Positions 25,244 through 39,044 of a DNA stretch of 64,000 nucleotides are shown here, piece after piece. The notes beneath the pieces were generated by a model. The model was not told the origin of the DNA. It saw nothing but the letters and a program-made list of their open reading frames with translations, and did not search any database. Within the stretch, counting starts at the first letter, position 1. Each line of letters begins with the position of its first letter. The stretch covers positions 2,753,635-2,817,634 of the forward strand of contig NC_068986.1 of assembly GCF_001194135.2 (NCBI RefSeq), in the 5' to 3' direction. Position numbers and translations under genes: made by a program. Source of the DNA: Octopus bimaculoides (taxonomy: Eukaryota).

Positions 25244-26926
25244 GAATGAGAGACAGAGACAAAGAGAGTAACACCATCATCATCATCATCGTTTAACGTC
25301 CGCTTTCCATGCTAGCATGGGTTGGACGATTTGACTGAGGACTGGTAAACCAGATGGCTACACCAGGCTCCAATCTGATTTGGCAGAGTTTCTACAGCTG
25401 GATGCCCTTCCTAACGCCAACCACTCCGAGAGTGTAGTGGGTGCTTTTACGTGCCACTGGCACGAAGGCCAGTCAGGAGGTACTGCCAACGGCCATGCTC
25501 AAAATGGTGTATTTTATGTGCCACCTGCACAGGAGCCAGTCCAGCGGTACTGGCAACATTGCATATTATTCATAAATTGAAGAGTTGCAAGCTAGCAGAA
25601 TCATTAACATGTCACACAAAATGCTTCGTGGCATTTGTTTTGGTTTTACATTCTGAGTTCAAATTCCACTGATGTGGATTTTATGCCTTTTATCCTTTCT
25701 GGGTTGATGAAAGAAGTACCAGTTGAGTACTGGAAATGATGTCATTGACTACTTCCTCCTGCCAATATTTCAAGTCTTGTGCCTATAGTTGAAAGAATTA
25801 TCCATAAACTGAGTACAGCAGACAACAGACAGAATCAACAAGATAACAAAAAAACCCCCAAAAAACTGCCAGATTCACTCTTACTTTTCATCTGTCCAAT
25901 GTCAACCGGGGTCCATAAGATAATCAGAAATAATTATACAGGGATCAATTGAGTTGACTACACTCTCTGACCACTAATATACTAATGTTAGAAATCATTA
26001 TGATTTCAGAAATATAAAAATAATATCGATCATGCCTTCTGTTATAATCAGGGGTTCTGAGTGAAATAGGTTGTAAAACAGAACAAAACTGCTTTTGGAC
26101 CCCAGAGGCAAATCCTTTGAAAATTCAAAGGGAGAGTTGTTGTTTTGAGGAAAGAGCCCATCAAATATTCGTATGTCCTTTCTTGGTTCTTGACTGACTC
26201 CACCATTCATATAGGCCTTGGCTATAATCACAAAGAATTTGGCACATTTTGGAGAAACATGCCTACAAATATTTGAGATAATAAAAGTGCTTTGTTAGAA
26301 TCTGTCATTTTAATGTCCATTTTTCCAAACTTCATGGATCAGAAAGAATTCACTGTGGTAGATTTTCTATAGCCAAATCTGTTTCCAAACAAGGTATTAT
26401 TTCCCTGTGGCTGGACAGGTTTTTACAGAAGATCGAAAACAAACAAAACATCTTTTTCTTGCACGATCATTATTTACAACCAGCAACAACACATGAAGAT
26501 GAGAGAAAATATGAATTGAATCCACACACATTTCTTTCATTCAGTGCCAGATAGAATCATTCTATTGATGTCTTCAGAATATAACAATATCTGTCAGAGC
26601 GATAACCGTTCTCAAAAGACAGATACAAAAGGAGTAAAAGACTGCTTTACAACACAATGGAAGATACCTAAAGCAGAGGAAGAAATACTGAAGTCAGATC
26701 TCACAATGTTGGACATTACAAAAGACATAAGACAGGACCAAGATGAATAATGATTCACTAAAGAATGGACCCATCGTCTTTAAGCATAACATTCATTGAA
26801 AGTAAACGTTATGTTTGAAGATGATATAAGATATTAACAAAATTTGTTTTGTCATTACTTCAGTCATAAATCAATCAAACAACAACAGCTACAACAAGCC
26901 ATCAATGTTTAAAATAAGCTACTAAC

Positions 26927-27057
26927 CAACACTGTGGCCTTGGTCTTCAAAGCTTTTGTAGAGATTCCTGCTATATGTACAAATGTCAGCTTGAACTTTG
27001 TGACTTCTTATTTGTCCAACCAGTCCTGCAGCATGCCAACTTGTGCCACAGCCTATC
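26927..27057 (-). CDS. PDPR: PDPR exon 2 (IGCGTSWHAAGLVG...)
   Basis: ttaacag| acceptor, G|gttagt donor, 131 nt. Confidence 0.92.
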
Positions 27058-27604
27058 CTGTTAAAATTCAAAATATAAACACATATTTTTATGAAGAAAA
27101 CAAGAACAAATAAAGCATGGATATTTATCATTTTGTTCTTTTTAGAGTGGACAGACAGAAGAAACTTTTATATTGGGATGCTGAGAAACCTATGCTTTCT
27201 GAATCTAGAAATGAAGCTACTTATTCTAAATCAATGCTCTCCCATTTATTTTGGACATAATCCATTTACTTTCCATGGTGGGAAACATATTACAGCACTT
27301 TGATCTGATTTTATGCCCAACATAATATTTCCAGGTTGACAACAGTGGTTTTCACACAGCAAAACTTGCAGAAGTCATTATATAAATAGCAGCAATTGAC
27401 ATAACATGGGAATACTTTTAACTTCATATGAAATCAATACATTCACTAGAAAAGATACAAATGAAAAAAATAGATTGCTGTTCTAGATAAATATCTGCAA
27501 TATTTTTTGAAATTTTAAGATGTCAAGGCTGGCCGAGTTGTTAGCGTTCAGAGCTGAAATTCTATCAAGGTTGACTTTGCCTTTCATCTTTTTGGGGTCA
27601 AGTA

Positions 27605-27820
27605 TAAGGGGGTGCTGAAAAGTTTCTGGCTTTGGGTAAAAGAAAATACAAGAGGATCAGTTAATTATGATTTTATTCAACATGTTCCCCTCTCAGATTC
27701 ACACACTTATTGCAGTGGTCCTTCAGTTTTCTAAGCCCTGTAAAAGAATTTGGAAAGTTGGACCTCCAACCAGGCCTTTCCCGATACCCTTAAACCCTGG
27801 AACTTTTCAACATTCCCTCG
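27605..27820. mobile_element. Mariner-type MITE nested inside a SINE
   Basis: TA target duplication (27603-27604, 27821-27822). TIRs ...AGGGGGTGCTGAAAAGTTTCTGG and GGAACTTTTCAACATTCCCTCG. The interrupted SINE resumes on both sides. Confidence 0.75.
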
Positions 27821-28519
27821 TACCAAACAAGCATTGAGGTCAATGCAATCGACTTAGCACCTCCCCTCAAATTGCTGACCTTGTACCAAAATTTGAAACC
27901 AGTATTTTTTGATCTGGTTCTGAATTAGTTGGGCTGCTGCTTCAGAGAATTTTTAGCTGTTTAATATTTAATATTGTGTAAAAGGAAACAAACATATAAA
28001 AAGAAAATTTATACATAAACTTCATCGGTTTGAATTTTAGCCACTGCCGGGTAGTGTGTTTAATTTGTTCACTGAGCACTGCCACAAATTCCCCCTTGTT
28101 TTTCAAAAATCCCCCCTAAATCACAAAATAAGTGGGGGAAATGTGTCCTATTTTTTAAATCCTGGTAGCAACACTGAAACTGGAAGCAGGATAATAATCT
28201 AATTCTAATCTTTATCCTATTCAAGAATATAAACATGTTTTTAAGCACATCACATGCAGAGTTAAAAAGAAACACTACTTTTCTGAGTTTGAATGTTATC
28301 ATGGTTGATAACTTAAGTTACTTTCATAGTGTTTATCAATTACCTGGAATTTTAAATATGCAGCCTAATGACTTTTCTATTTAAATTCAACTAAACGTGT
28401 CACTGAAAACAGCTGCCCTACCCAAGAGTAAATAAGAGAAAGTTGTTTTTATAGTAAAAATGTGTCATTTATGATATTTATTTAGAAAGTGAGATAAGTA
28501 AATAGTTTCCCCCAAACAT

Positions 28520-29150
28520 TGTATGTATACTTATCTCTTCACTATACTTCCCACCAGTGGCATCTCATGTATTTTAGTACACCTATTCAATGAATCCACC
28601 ATTACCATCAATGGCTGCTTTAATATGGGGTCAGAAGCATTGACGTACTTGAATCAGATGATCTTTATCAATTTTGGTCATGGTGAACTTGAGGGATTAT
28701 ATGGTGTTATTGGGGAGTTGATTGACCTTTCTCTCGACTATGCCCCATACATAATAGTCTAGTGGATTGAAGTCTGGTGAACAAGGAAATCATGTGTCTG
28801 GGGGGAATATGATCATGAGGATTGCCACCCATCCATACTTGGTTTCTACTAGCCTTATGAGGTGGTGTAGGGTCTTGTTCAAAGATGTTTGGTCTTCCAT
28901 TACAAACTCTACCCAGGGCTTCACAACTTTCTCCAATACCTCTGTGTAGATAGAAGTATTGACCCTTAAGCTCTGTGAAGAAAAGTGAGGAAGCATGACA
29001 TCTCTCTTGTTGCTGAAGACATCCAAACCATAACAGTTGCTGGGAACTTAATATGCATGACCGGTGGAACCTCATTTGGGTCTCTGCATAACCATCTGTC
29101 CTTCCTTCAGTTTATCCTTTAGTCCTGTTTGATGTTTTTTCTCATTGGAG
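28520..29150 (-). mobile_element. Tc1/mariner-superfamily transposase relic (frameshifted catalytic domain)
   Basis: Fragments LRVNTSIYTEVLEKVVKPW, GRPNIFEQDPTPPHKA and PDFNPLDYYVWGIVE occur in different frames. Confidence 0.85.
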
Positions 29151-30539
29151 AAAAACCAAAGCATTCTAGTCTCTTCGTACTTAAACTTGTTTAGCAAGCA
29201 CTTTGCATGGATTGGATGATTCTCTTGTCACATCCAACATAAACTGACCCCCGCCCCCTGCATCACATATAACTTGTAGAGGACATTCGGAGTGGTTGGC
29301 GTTAGGAAGGGCATCCAGCTGTAGAAACTCTGCCAAATCAGATTGGAGCCTGGTGTAGCCATCTGGTTTCACCTGTCCTCAGTCAAATCGTCCAACCCAT
29401 GCTAGCATGGAAAGCGGACGTTAAACGATGATGATGAACACTTGATAGTGCAGTCTGAAAGCTTGAGGTCCTTTGCCAAGGCTCTGACTGACTTCCCAGG
29501 GATTTTATTGATTAGCTTTTGAACTTTTCTGATGGTATTAGGACTCTGTGTATGTGTTTTGTGTTTGGCTGCTGTTGGAACCCTGTCAGCAGCTTCTATC
29601 TTCTTTAAAACTTTGACGACTCATCAAACTTTCAGGAAGTGAGCTATCTCTGTATCACTATACTCTACTATTAAGGTAACAATTACAACATGCCTTTCCA
29701 ATTGCTGAGTTAGCCTGATATCTTACATTATTTATCTGAAAAGTGAATAAAATAAGGTAGAAGAAAGTTAGAGCTCTTCAGAGAAGTGTCCTAGAAAAAA
29801 ACAAAAAAAAAAAACTGATGCACCTTGTAGTATATATATAATTACATTTTTTAATATATATATTACAAGAATTTTAATCTGAAACTGTGGTGAAACTGAT
29901 ATTTCTGTACTTTAGGAGGGCCAAGGGTCATACTACTGATAAAGGCACACATGATGGTTGTAGTACAAAGTACAATAAACATACATACATACGTCCATAC
30001 ATACACACAAAATCATCATCATTTAATATCCACTTTTCTATGCTTGTGTGAATTAGAAGTAATTTATTAAAGCAGATTTTCTATGGCTGGACGCCTTTCC
30101 AATTCTCATGTTACCAATATTTTCCCATAGCTAGACATATTTTTCAGAAAACGAACAACAACATTCACAACCAGCACATGATGTCTAGACACTTACAGTA
30201 GGGCTGAACCTGAAACCACATGGTTGGGAAGCTAGCTTCTGAACCACACAGCCACACCTATGCTGTATGTATGTGTGTGCAAATGTAGGTAAATAAAGTT
30301 TCTGTCAATGAAAAGCATTGGTCAATCTGAGGTTATGGAAGAAGACATTTCCTCAAAGTGTCAAGCATTGGGATTGAACCTAGAATCATGTGATTGTGAA
30401 GCAAACTTCCAAACCACGTTGCAGTAGCTATGTCACTGAATTTTCTTTGCTGTATTCTTTCTGTTGCTAAAACTCTATGGACTCCACAACCAAACAAAAA
30501 AAAGGAATGCTTGCGAAGACCTGTTGGGACAAGCGAAAG

Positions 30540-30915
30540 CGAAATCGTGATGGCACCTGTGCCCAGCGTCGCCTTCCTAGCACTTGTGCTGGTGGCACGT
30601 GTAGAGACATTCGAGCGAGATCATTGCCAGTGCCGCTGGACTGGCTCCTGTGCAGGTGGCACATAAACAACACCATTTTGAGCGTGGCTGTGCCAGTACC
30701 CGGCTGACTGGCCCTCGTGCCGGTGGCACATAAAAGCACCCACTACACTCTCAGAGTGGTTGGCGTTAGGAAGGGCATCCAGCTGTAGAAACTCTGCCAA
30801 ATCAGATTGGAGCCTGGTGTAGCCATCTGGTTTACCAGTCCTCAGTCAAATCGTCCAACCCATGCTAGCATGGAAAGCGGATGTTAAACGATGATGACGA
30901 CGATGATGATGATGA
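30540..30915 (+). mobile_element. (GAT)n-tailed retroposon with internal ~50-nt repeated modules
   Basis: Ends GGAYGTTAAACG(ATG)n; contains repeated TGGCACRTAAAAAGCACC modules. Confidence 0.8.
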
Positions 30916-33894
30916 TGACCCATTATATCAAAGTGGATTCATGAACCAGCGATATCTGTTCCAAGTATTCTACTTGTTTTATGTTAAAACTGGCCAGACT
31001 TGAGCTCTCACACAGATCCTACAATTTTCATTGTAAAAATATGCATTCACATGTTTGAAATATTCAAGTTACAAGATAATGCATGATTAATTAAAAACAA
31101 TGTGAATAGACAAGCATTGCATTTGACAGAATAATTTGTATGTTAGAAGTTTAAGAAAGTAAGCATCATAATAGAAAACATAGAATGACCCAATAATAAA
31201 TCAACTGATAATAAATAAACTGATATTGTAGATCTCATGAAATACTAAATACACATATTTAATAAGTCTTGAAAATTTAATCTCAACCAAAATGAAACAC
31301 AAATACATAAATACACGCACACACACACACACATATTTGCAAAATTACCCACTCATAAATAACCAATACACAATACATTGCTGATGAACCTTGAAGCTCT
31401 TATCCCAATCTACATATACGCACACACACACACACACACACACATTAATAAAAGTGACCCACAAAAACAAAATCACTCAAGAATGCAATCTAAGATTGAT
31501 TTCAAATTTTGGCACAAGGCCAGCAATTTCGAGAATGGGGGTAAATCGTTTACATTGGCCCCAGTGTTCAATTGGTACCTATTTTACTGACCCCGAGAGG
31601 ATGAAAGGCAAAGTTGACCATTGCGGAATTTGAACTCAGACTGTAAAGATGGATGAAATGCTGCTAAGCATTTTGCCAATCTAATATTAGCACCTATTTA
31701 AGCCAGTGAGCTGCCGGAATTGTCAGCACATTGAGTAAAATGCTTAGTAGTATTTCATCTCTCTTTATGTTTTGAGTTCAAATTCTGCCAATGTCAATTT
31801 TNNNNNNNNNNTAAGTACCAGTTGAGCATGGGTTGATGCAATGAACTTAACCTCTACCTCAAAACTTGGTCTTGTGCCAAAATTTGAAAACAATATTAGT
31901 ACCTGTAAAACTCTTCCAGTCAAAACAAGTTTTTCCATAAACAAATTTCTTATTCTAATGAAACAAAGTGATTAGACAAAATACACACAAACACACACAT
32001 ATCCATGATTTCACAATAGGCTGTCACAGTTTTCATCTACCAAATTTACTCACAAGGCATTGGTCAGTGAGGGGCTATAGTAGAAGATACTTGCTCAAGG
32101 TGCTGCACAGTAGGATAGAACCCAAAGCTACATGATTGCAAAGCAAGCTTCTAAACCACACAACTATGCCTTTTTATTACATAAGTTATTTATATCTTGT
32201 TTAAATACTAAATGAATTATTAGCCAATAGGGTTATAATATATTGTAGTAGATAACTTCATAATTATATTTATGAGAAAACTGTCCTATTTTCAAGCAGT
32301 TTGTTCTCTTTTTCTTTTGTTTATATTTTGCTGTGTGATGTCTTTCTATTCTTATTACATGAAGCACATGAATTCAAATAAACAAAAGTAAATATTCAAA
32401 TAAGTCTGAATTGTGAGAATAGCTGACTGGATCCTATTCTGAGAAGTTTGAAAGATAAATATTTCAAAAGCTTTCATTCCGACCTTTTTATTTCTAGAAA
32501 TCATCCCTCTCCCTGCCAATGTCTGACTGTTTACACATTCAGAAATTGAAACTTCCACTTCAACGTTGATCATGTGATTGCTTGTAAATGATAAATCAAT
32601 TTTGAAGCCATGACTTCTCTGTGACCACATTATGTTAGGGTGGTAGTAGTCGGAAAATTTTCGACTTGAATGACAGCTCAACCAAAAATAAATAATTTGT
32701 GTCTATAGATTAAACAAATATTGCCCTGCGAGTCATTTTATGAAGGTAAGTTGTATCATATTTGACCACTAAAATTAGATTGTTTATATCAGGTGCAGAC
32801 ATGGTAGTGTGGTAAGAAGTTTGCTTTTGAACCAAATAGATGGAAACTGAAAGAAGCTTGTCTTATATCTATATGTGTGTACATATATGTATGTGGTCTG
32901 TTTCTGTCTCCTTGTCTTCACATCACATGATGTTGTAAATGAATATAAGTGGTGTCCTTCATTCCCAATATTCTGTGAAAACATGTTGGCCATGGGGAAA
33001 TATTATCTTACTTGGAAACAGGTAAAGGTTCATGACAGGAAGATCATCCAGCAGTTGAAAATCTGCCTCAACAATTTGTGTCTGATCCATGCAAGCATCA
33101 AAAAGTGGATGTTAGAACAATGATGATATCAATAAACCAAACATTGCACAGTAAGATAATGTTTTATGAAGATATATTACGATTGAGGATTGCTGGGTTT
33201 AAACTAATGAAACGCTATGATACTGGCTGAGGAAATGAAGTTTAGTATACATCCGATGTTTATGTGTATAAGTAAGTGTTGGCACTTGAGGCCCTACACT
33301 GATCAAGGTTAGCCATGCATGCAAGTCTATCTTCTCCATGCCACTGATGTCTATCCAAAGGAAGGTTCCTGACTTGGCACCAGTGTGGTTGCAGGTGCTT
33401 ACTGCACCTTGCCTGACAGTTCTGCCAATCCACATCTCTGGATCTTTATTGACTTCCAAAAAGATGAAAGGCAAAGTTGGCTTTGACAGTATTTGAACTT
33501 GGAGCTCCTCCTACAGTTGGAACAAATATCATGAAACATTCTGAGCAGCTCTTGTGATTCTACCAATTCACTTTCATTTTGTCCTTACTAATATTAATTC
33601 ACATCAAGTAGATACTTTTGGTTTGAACTGCAACCTTGGAAAATACTGACTCTGGGAAGCAGATTTACATAAAAGATGTTTAGAGCTCATTTTACAAGAC
33701 ACTGCAGTATCTAACTATGACAAGTCAGTAAGCAAAACTCTGATTCTGTTATATGATACAGGTTGATTTTCTAGGATAGTTTAAAAAAAACAAAAAAAAA
33801 AAACATGTTTTATACAAACATAGTGTGCTTGTGTGCATTCATAAATATATATGTGTGTGTGTGTGTGTCTGTGTATACACACACACACACATAT

Positions 33895-34210
33895 ACATGG
33901 ACTCTGAATGCAGAAGATATGCATAGACTGAAGAGAAAGGAAGGTAGTATACTCCATTGGATGTACAACATCAGTGCACATGTACGACAAAGTGTATTGA
34001 GAGAAAAGTTGGGCATAAGAGGAATCAAATGTAGCTTGCAAGAGAGAAGACAATGCTGGTTTGGACATGTGATGTGTATGGATGAGGACAGCTGCATAAA
34101 GAAGTGCTGGTCACTGAATGTGGATGGTACCTGCAAAAGGAGACCCAGGAAGATGTGGGATGAAGTGGTGAGGATCTATCTCAGGATGTTGGACCTCATG
34201 GGGATATTTT
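33895..34210 (+). mobile_element. RTE-clade LINE ORF2 C-terminal fragment, followed by the (GAT)n-tailed 3' end
   Basis: TWTLNAEDMHRL...LREKLGIRGI...WFGHVMCMDEDSC...RRPRKMWDEVV matches the WFGHV/GRPRKTW signature. Confidence 0.85.
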
Positions 34211-36488
34211 TCTATATGTGACAGTGGATTTTCATTGATGACTTCATGAACCTTGGTTCTTTCCCCTAAAACTATATATTTAGGAAGGGCATCCAGCTGT
34301 AGAAACTCTGCCAAATTTAGATTGGAGCCTGGTGTTGCCATCCGGTTTCACCAGTCCTCAGTCAAATCGTCCAACCCATGCTAGCATGGAAGGCGGACGT
34401 TAAACGATGATGATGATGATGATATATATATATCATTATCATCATCATTTAGCATCTATTTTCCATGCTGACATGGGTTGGATGGTTTGTCTGGAACTGG
34501 TAATCTGCCACAACCTATAAAGAATGAATAGATACCAGTCTGCTTTGGCTTGGCTTCTACAGCTGGATGCCCTTCCTGATGCCAACCACTCCAAGAGTGT
34601 ATTGGGTGCCTTCTATGTGTCACTGGCACCGGCCACAACTATGGTTTCACTCAGCTTGTCTTTTCAAGGGCACTTACACACACAATAATGTATCTATTCA
34701 TTCTTTATAGGTTGTGGCAGATTTGAATGTCTTTGTTCTGCATACACCCCATGTATTGTACACACATATATAAACAGGAGTATTTATCCTCTTCTCACCC
34801 ATTATCATTTTTATTATCCTATGATACCTTTAACAAAGATGGGGGCATCTGACCAGTCCTTATCCAATTCTTCCACCTCTCATTATAGCTCTGTCTTGCT
34901 CCTGCCGGTACCCCACATCACTCAACCTCATCTTTCATCTCTGCAATTATAATGAGGTGTAATAAGGAATAACATCAGATTTTTTTCATATTAAGCACCC
35001 ACTTCTACTATCCTTAATCTGCTAACCATAATTCTCTCCCTTGCTCATGTGACTCTTAGTTGACGTCTGCCACTCTCATCATCATCATCAACACCATTGC
35101 ACATCTTTATTTCTATCCTGTCACATTGCTCATGCTATTTTCCATCTAAATTCCTACCAACAACCAAGCATACAACTGCCACTGTGCGTCTCTTACATTA
35201 CAGCTATTCTTCACTCTTACATCTCTCTGACACTATCACTCCTACTACCACCCATCTTTCTTGCTTTCCACCACTTACTCTCTCGTAACGTGACACATCT
35301 TTATTACTTTCTGATCAAACTGCTTACCCTGTTTTTCTATTCAACCCTTTATCAACTACCAACAACCAATATATAGTAATCCCTGTGTCTCTTCCATTAC
35401 CCCATCTCTGACCATCTCATTGCATGCATACTCTCTCCTCTATCTCTGTGTTGGTTATCACTTTCTTCCTCAGGCTTTGAGAGAACTTAGACAATGTATA
35501 AGAGGAAAGATTCCTAAGTTTCACAAGGAACAAAACAACCTCCCTTATGTAGGTATCATGATAGAATGTACCCAGTACACCCTGTAAAATGGCGGTTGGC
35601 ATTTGACCAGAAATTATGTAGGAAAATGAGTATTCTTTAGTTGTGTCAAGGACATGGTAACCTCTCAAGTGCTGGTGCCACAATAAAATACCCTCAGTAC
35701 ATTTTGCAAAATGGTTGACATTAAGAAGGGCATCTGGCCATAGGAATCCTTTTTAAAATAAGAATGTACAAGTGATATGTTGTCCCTCAACTTGTCTAGG
35801 AGGGTAGCAATTCCAAATAAGAACTTGGACTGTAGCAATTCACCCAATTTAAGTCAGCATAGAAAACAGGTAAATATGATGATGATGATGATGGTAAATA
35901 CATACATATGTACACATATACAGCAAGAAATAGGGGGTTTAAAATCCAGACAGATACTTTACAGGCACTCTGTTGTAATCCAAACTTAGCTAACTATATT
36001 GATCAGTAGAAAAACACTCGGAACCTTACAGAGCATACAGTTAGTTGTACTCCTGATCAATTAGTAAATCTAAAGTTCACTTCCAAGAATTATTTCATAT
36101 ATTTACAAACATAAAAACAGAAGAAAGAGAAAAGAAAATGTAAAATAGGAAGTATTTTGTTTTATTAACTGAGGAAAACCATAGGAGTTTCTCAAGGGCT
36201 GACAGTTTCGTGCCAAATTATTTGATATGTGCTTTTGCAATGTAGTCTAGGACCCCTAGTAACTCTTGTAACCGTCTTTAGCTAATATATTAAGAAATTA
36301 CACGTACACATTCAAATGATGTAATTAGAGGTGAAATAAAGGTGAAAAACTGATGTTGAATGGTGTCACAATAATAGAAAAAATAGTGGATTCCCCGTGT
36401 TGCACAAACAGCTCCGGGTGTTAGTGTGTGTGCATGTGTGTGTGTGTGTGTGAGAGAGAGAGTGAGAGAGTAAATATTCTTAAAATAC

Positions 36489-36847
36489 CTTCCTTGCTCG
36501 AGTACAACCACATCAGTCCATCCTCGTTGACTGAGATGGTAGGCAACAGACAAGCCGACAACACCGCCGCCACAGATGACCACCCTGGCTTGATCGGGAA
36601 CCTGTACTGTAGTTGAACTGGACGCCGTTGATGTTGATGACTGTGCTGATGATAACGCTGATAATGGTGATGATGACGATGATGGCAATAGCAAGGATGA
36701 AGACGAAAAACATCGAGTGAGTCCATGAACACAGCGTCTGCTCTGAGCTCCAGTAATGTTGCCGGTGAAAATCAATGACGAGGAACACGTTTTCCTTTTT
36801 AAACAAGCGTAACGTAGAGTGGGTTGGACGAGTTTAAAGGGTTTCAT
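36489..36847 (-). CDS. PDPR: PDPR exon 1 (presequence, Ser-rich tract, GGGVVG motif)
   Basis: ATG at 36847, donor AG|gtattt, 359 nt, phase 2. Confidence 0.9.
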
Positions 36848-38329
36848 ATTGACAATTGTATTATTACCAATAAACTGTTGCTAACAGTTATGAGAGCCAA
36901 CAAGAAAATCACTTTAAACAACGTTGTCTGGAACGACGAGTTTGATCAACAACTGAATTGTTTTTTTACACGACAATTATTGGATAATTTATTATAAATA
37001 TTTTACATATTCCTTAAATATATGTATATATATATTTGAAATTGATATTCATTTTACTTGTAATTAGTTAGCGACTATTTACTCCTTACAGACCGCAATA
37101 GGATGTACCCGAGGACTTGTTTATGTTAACATCATGTGATAATAATAACAGAAATCGTTGATTATACCCAGCCAGATATTTCACGAATAAATTCATAGGA
37201 ATACTTCGTTAAATATTGAAGTGGAATAGTAAATAGTAAAGCAATCCTAGCGGTTCCAAATTAAAAAGAAAATATAGGAATGTTTTCTTCTAGTGAAAAC
37301 TTCCAGATGATATTTCTCTGATCGTGTTTCTCTATTTACTTAAAGGACATCGCCGTATTCCACTTGTAGTTTCACTCTACTGGTTGTTATTGTTGTGTGT
37401 TTTGCCTTTTATACTGGTGCCTCGTCTCGTGCTTCTATGCTGTCCTATCACAGCTGTTGTGGTTGCTGCCATCTTCGAATGTCAAGGAGGTTATTCAATC
37501 ATTTCAAACTGCTAGACGGGCAGATAACTTACACAGTATTCAACCCTCAAAATAAAAATAACCTCCACACTTTCTATCTGTCTCTCTCCATTTCACGCGG
37601 TTTCGTTTTTCAATCGTTTAATAATTTTCATCCTCAGTGTCGTTCTTAATCGCATTTTCAGAAACAACGAACTGAACAAATATAGAATAGTCTCCGATTG
37701 AAAAATTAAAAAAAATTCCCCCTGACAATAAAATAAGTTATATTAGATATTCATATCGTTCGCGCGAGTCCTTTTATAAGCCAGTACTATGGGATTTCTC
37801 GAGTATTGTTTTCTTCTTTCTACAAATCTAAACAAATGCAAATTCTGTAAATGCATTTCTGGCTCACATTACCGACAGCTGATACGAAATAGACCATGAA
37901 TCGGTGTTAGCCGAATGTAGTTACCTGTAATACATTTCCCATTACCGTTCTACGCTTTATTTCGTTTATTAATTCTTCCACCGAGAACATATAAAATATC
38001 AACTAGTATCCATTTATTTATTAATGTTATTTTTTTTTGCACTTCCAGTGTTCATTATTTTTCAAAAGAGAGTCGGATAAACTATTAAATATAAATTTCG
38101 CTGCAACCTTTTCCTTTTCCGCTTTCTTTTCTATACAACCTTAAAAAACACCAAACATTATACCGTCAAAGAAAACAAATGCAATATCTAAAGGAATAGT
38201 AGATATTATAACTCTCACAGCACATTTATTCACAACAAAAAGAAATAACTACAGTGGTGTACAGGCAATACATTAGAACTAACAAAAATTACTCCAGCCA
38301 TCCTCGGGCCCCTATTCATCTTAACAACT

Positions 38330-38760
38330 AATTGCAAGAACATAAAGCAGCCCACTTCGCATCATCATAGGTTTCACTCCGTCCAGATCTACACACACAA
38401 TAAAACAAAAATATTAAAAATTAAAGATTACAGGGATGTGCGATGGGTACAGCTTGTTGCAACTTTGTCCTAGTCACTACAAATAAAAAGTTAGCTCCGA
38501 AATACACTGGTATATCTACAATACGACTAAATACAACATCACTATCTCTCACACGAATTCCCGTACAGTTCAAACGGTTCAGCTGTCTTACATTTTATTC
38601 AATTAGACTCCACAAGGTTTTCTCAAATCCAACACAGACAACAGACACTTCTCTAACATACGCCGAACATATCCAAAACCGCACCCAAGAAGCAAAAGGA
38701 CACTTATCACTTAACATATGTCAAAACAGATGTCATCAACCTTCTTTGGCTCAGCTTACG
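38330..38760 (+). mobile_element. Highly decayed Penelope-like reverse transcriptase relic
   Basis: QGCAMGT motif at about 38430 and downstream KPT-like/HP-like remnants across broken frames. Confidence 0.4.
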
Positions 38761-39044
38761 CAACTTTCACAGCATGGCATTTTACAAATGCCTCTTTGCA
38801 TGTTTTTGGGTAAAAAAAAAAAAAATAGTCAAAAAGAAAACATGATATACCTCAGCAATTTCAACAATAAAAGTGAAGCTAGTTTTACCCAGTTTTATTT
38901 TCCACATTTTCCTACCCTCTCACAACTAGCATGTTCCTTTCTTGGATGTTTGCGTAGACTAAAACTCCCGATTATGCTAAATTTTTATGGAAATTACTAA
39001 ACAAAGCGAAGCTTATACAATGAATTTATATTGCAGCTTACGTG

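Larger units (their letters stand above)
9981..36847 (-). other. PDPR: Gene span: pyruvate dehydrogenase phosphatase regulatory subunit-like mitochondrial flavoprotein; 17 coding exons, 2778 nt CDS, 925 aa
   Basis: All 16 introns are GT-AG with consistent phases. The protein has an FAD-binding GGGVVG, a DAO-like domain and a glycine-cleavage-T-like C-terminus. DLWPWGGEPIYRNG and YEIDISGQRF match PDPR better than SARDH or DMGDH (from recall of family sequences). Confidence 0.9.

Noticed and set aside
9981-36847. Calling the gene SARDH or DMGDH
   Set aside because: Despite the WHAAG motif, the C-terminal motifs (DLWPWGGEPIYRNG, CSNDVD, GGYENDCS, YEIDI.G.RF) fit PDPR better; a phylogeny is still needed.
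37527-37650. 5' UTR exon of PDPR ending at a GTAAGT donor (37532)
   Set aside because: Plausible given the CpG-rich context and a nearby YY1-like GCCATCTT, but no acceptor or TSS can be fixed without transcripts.
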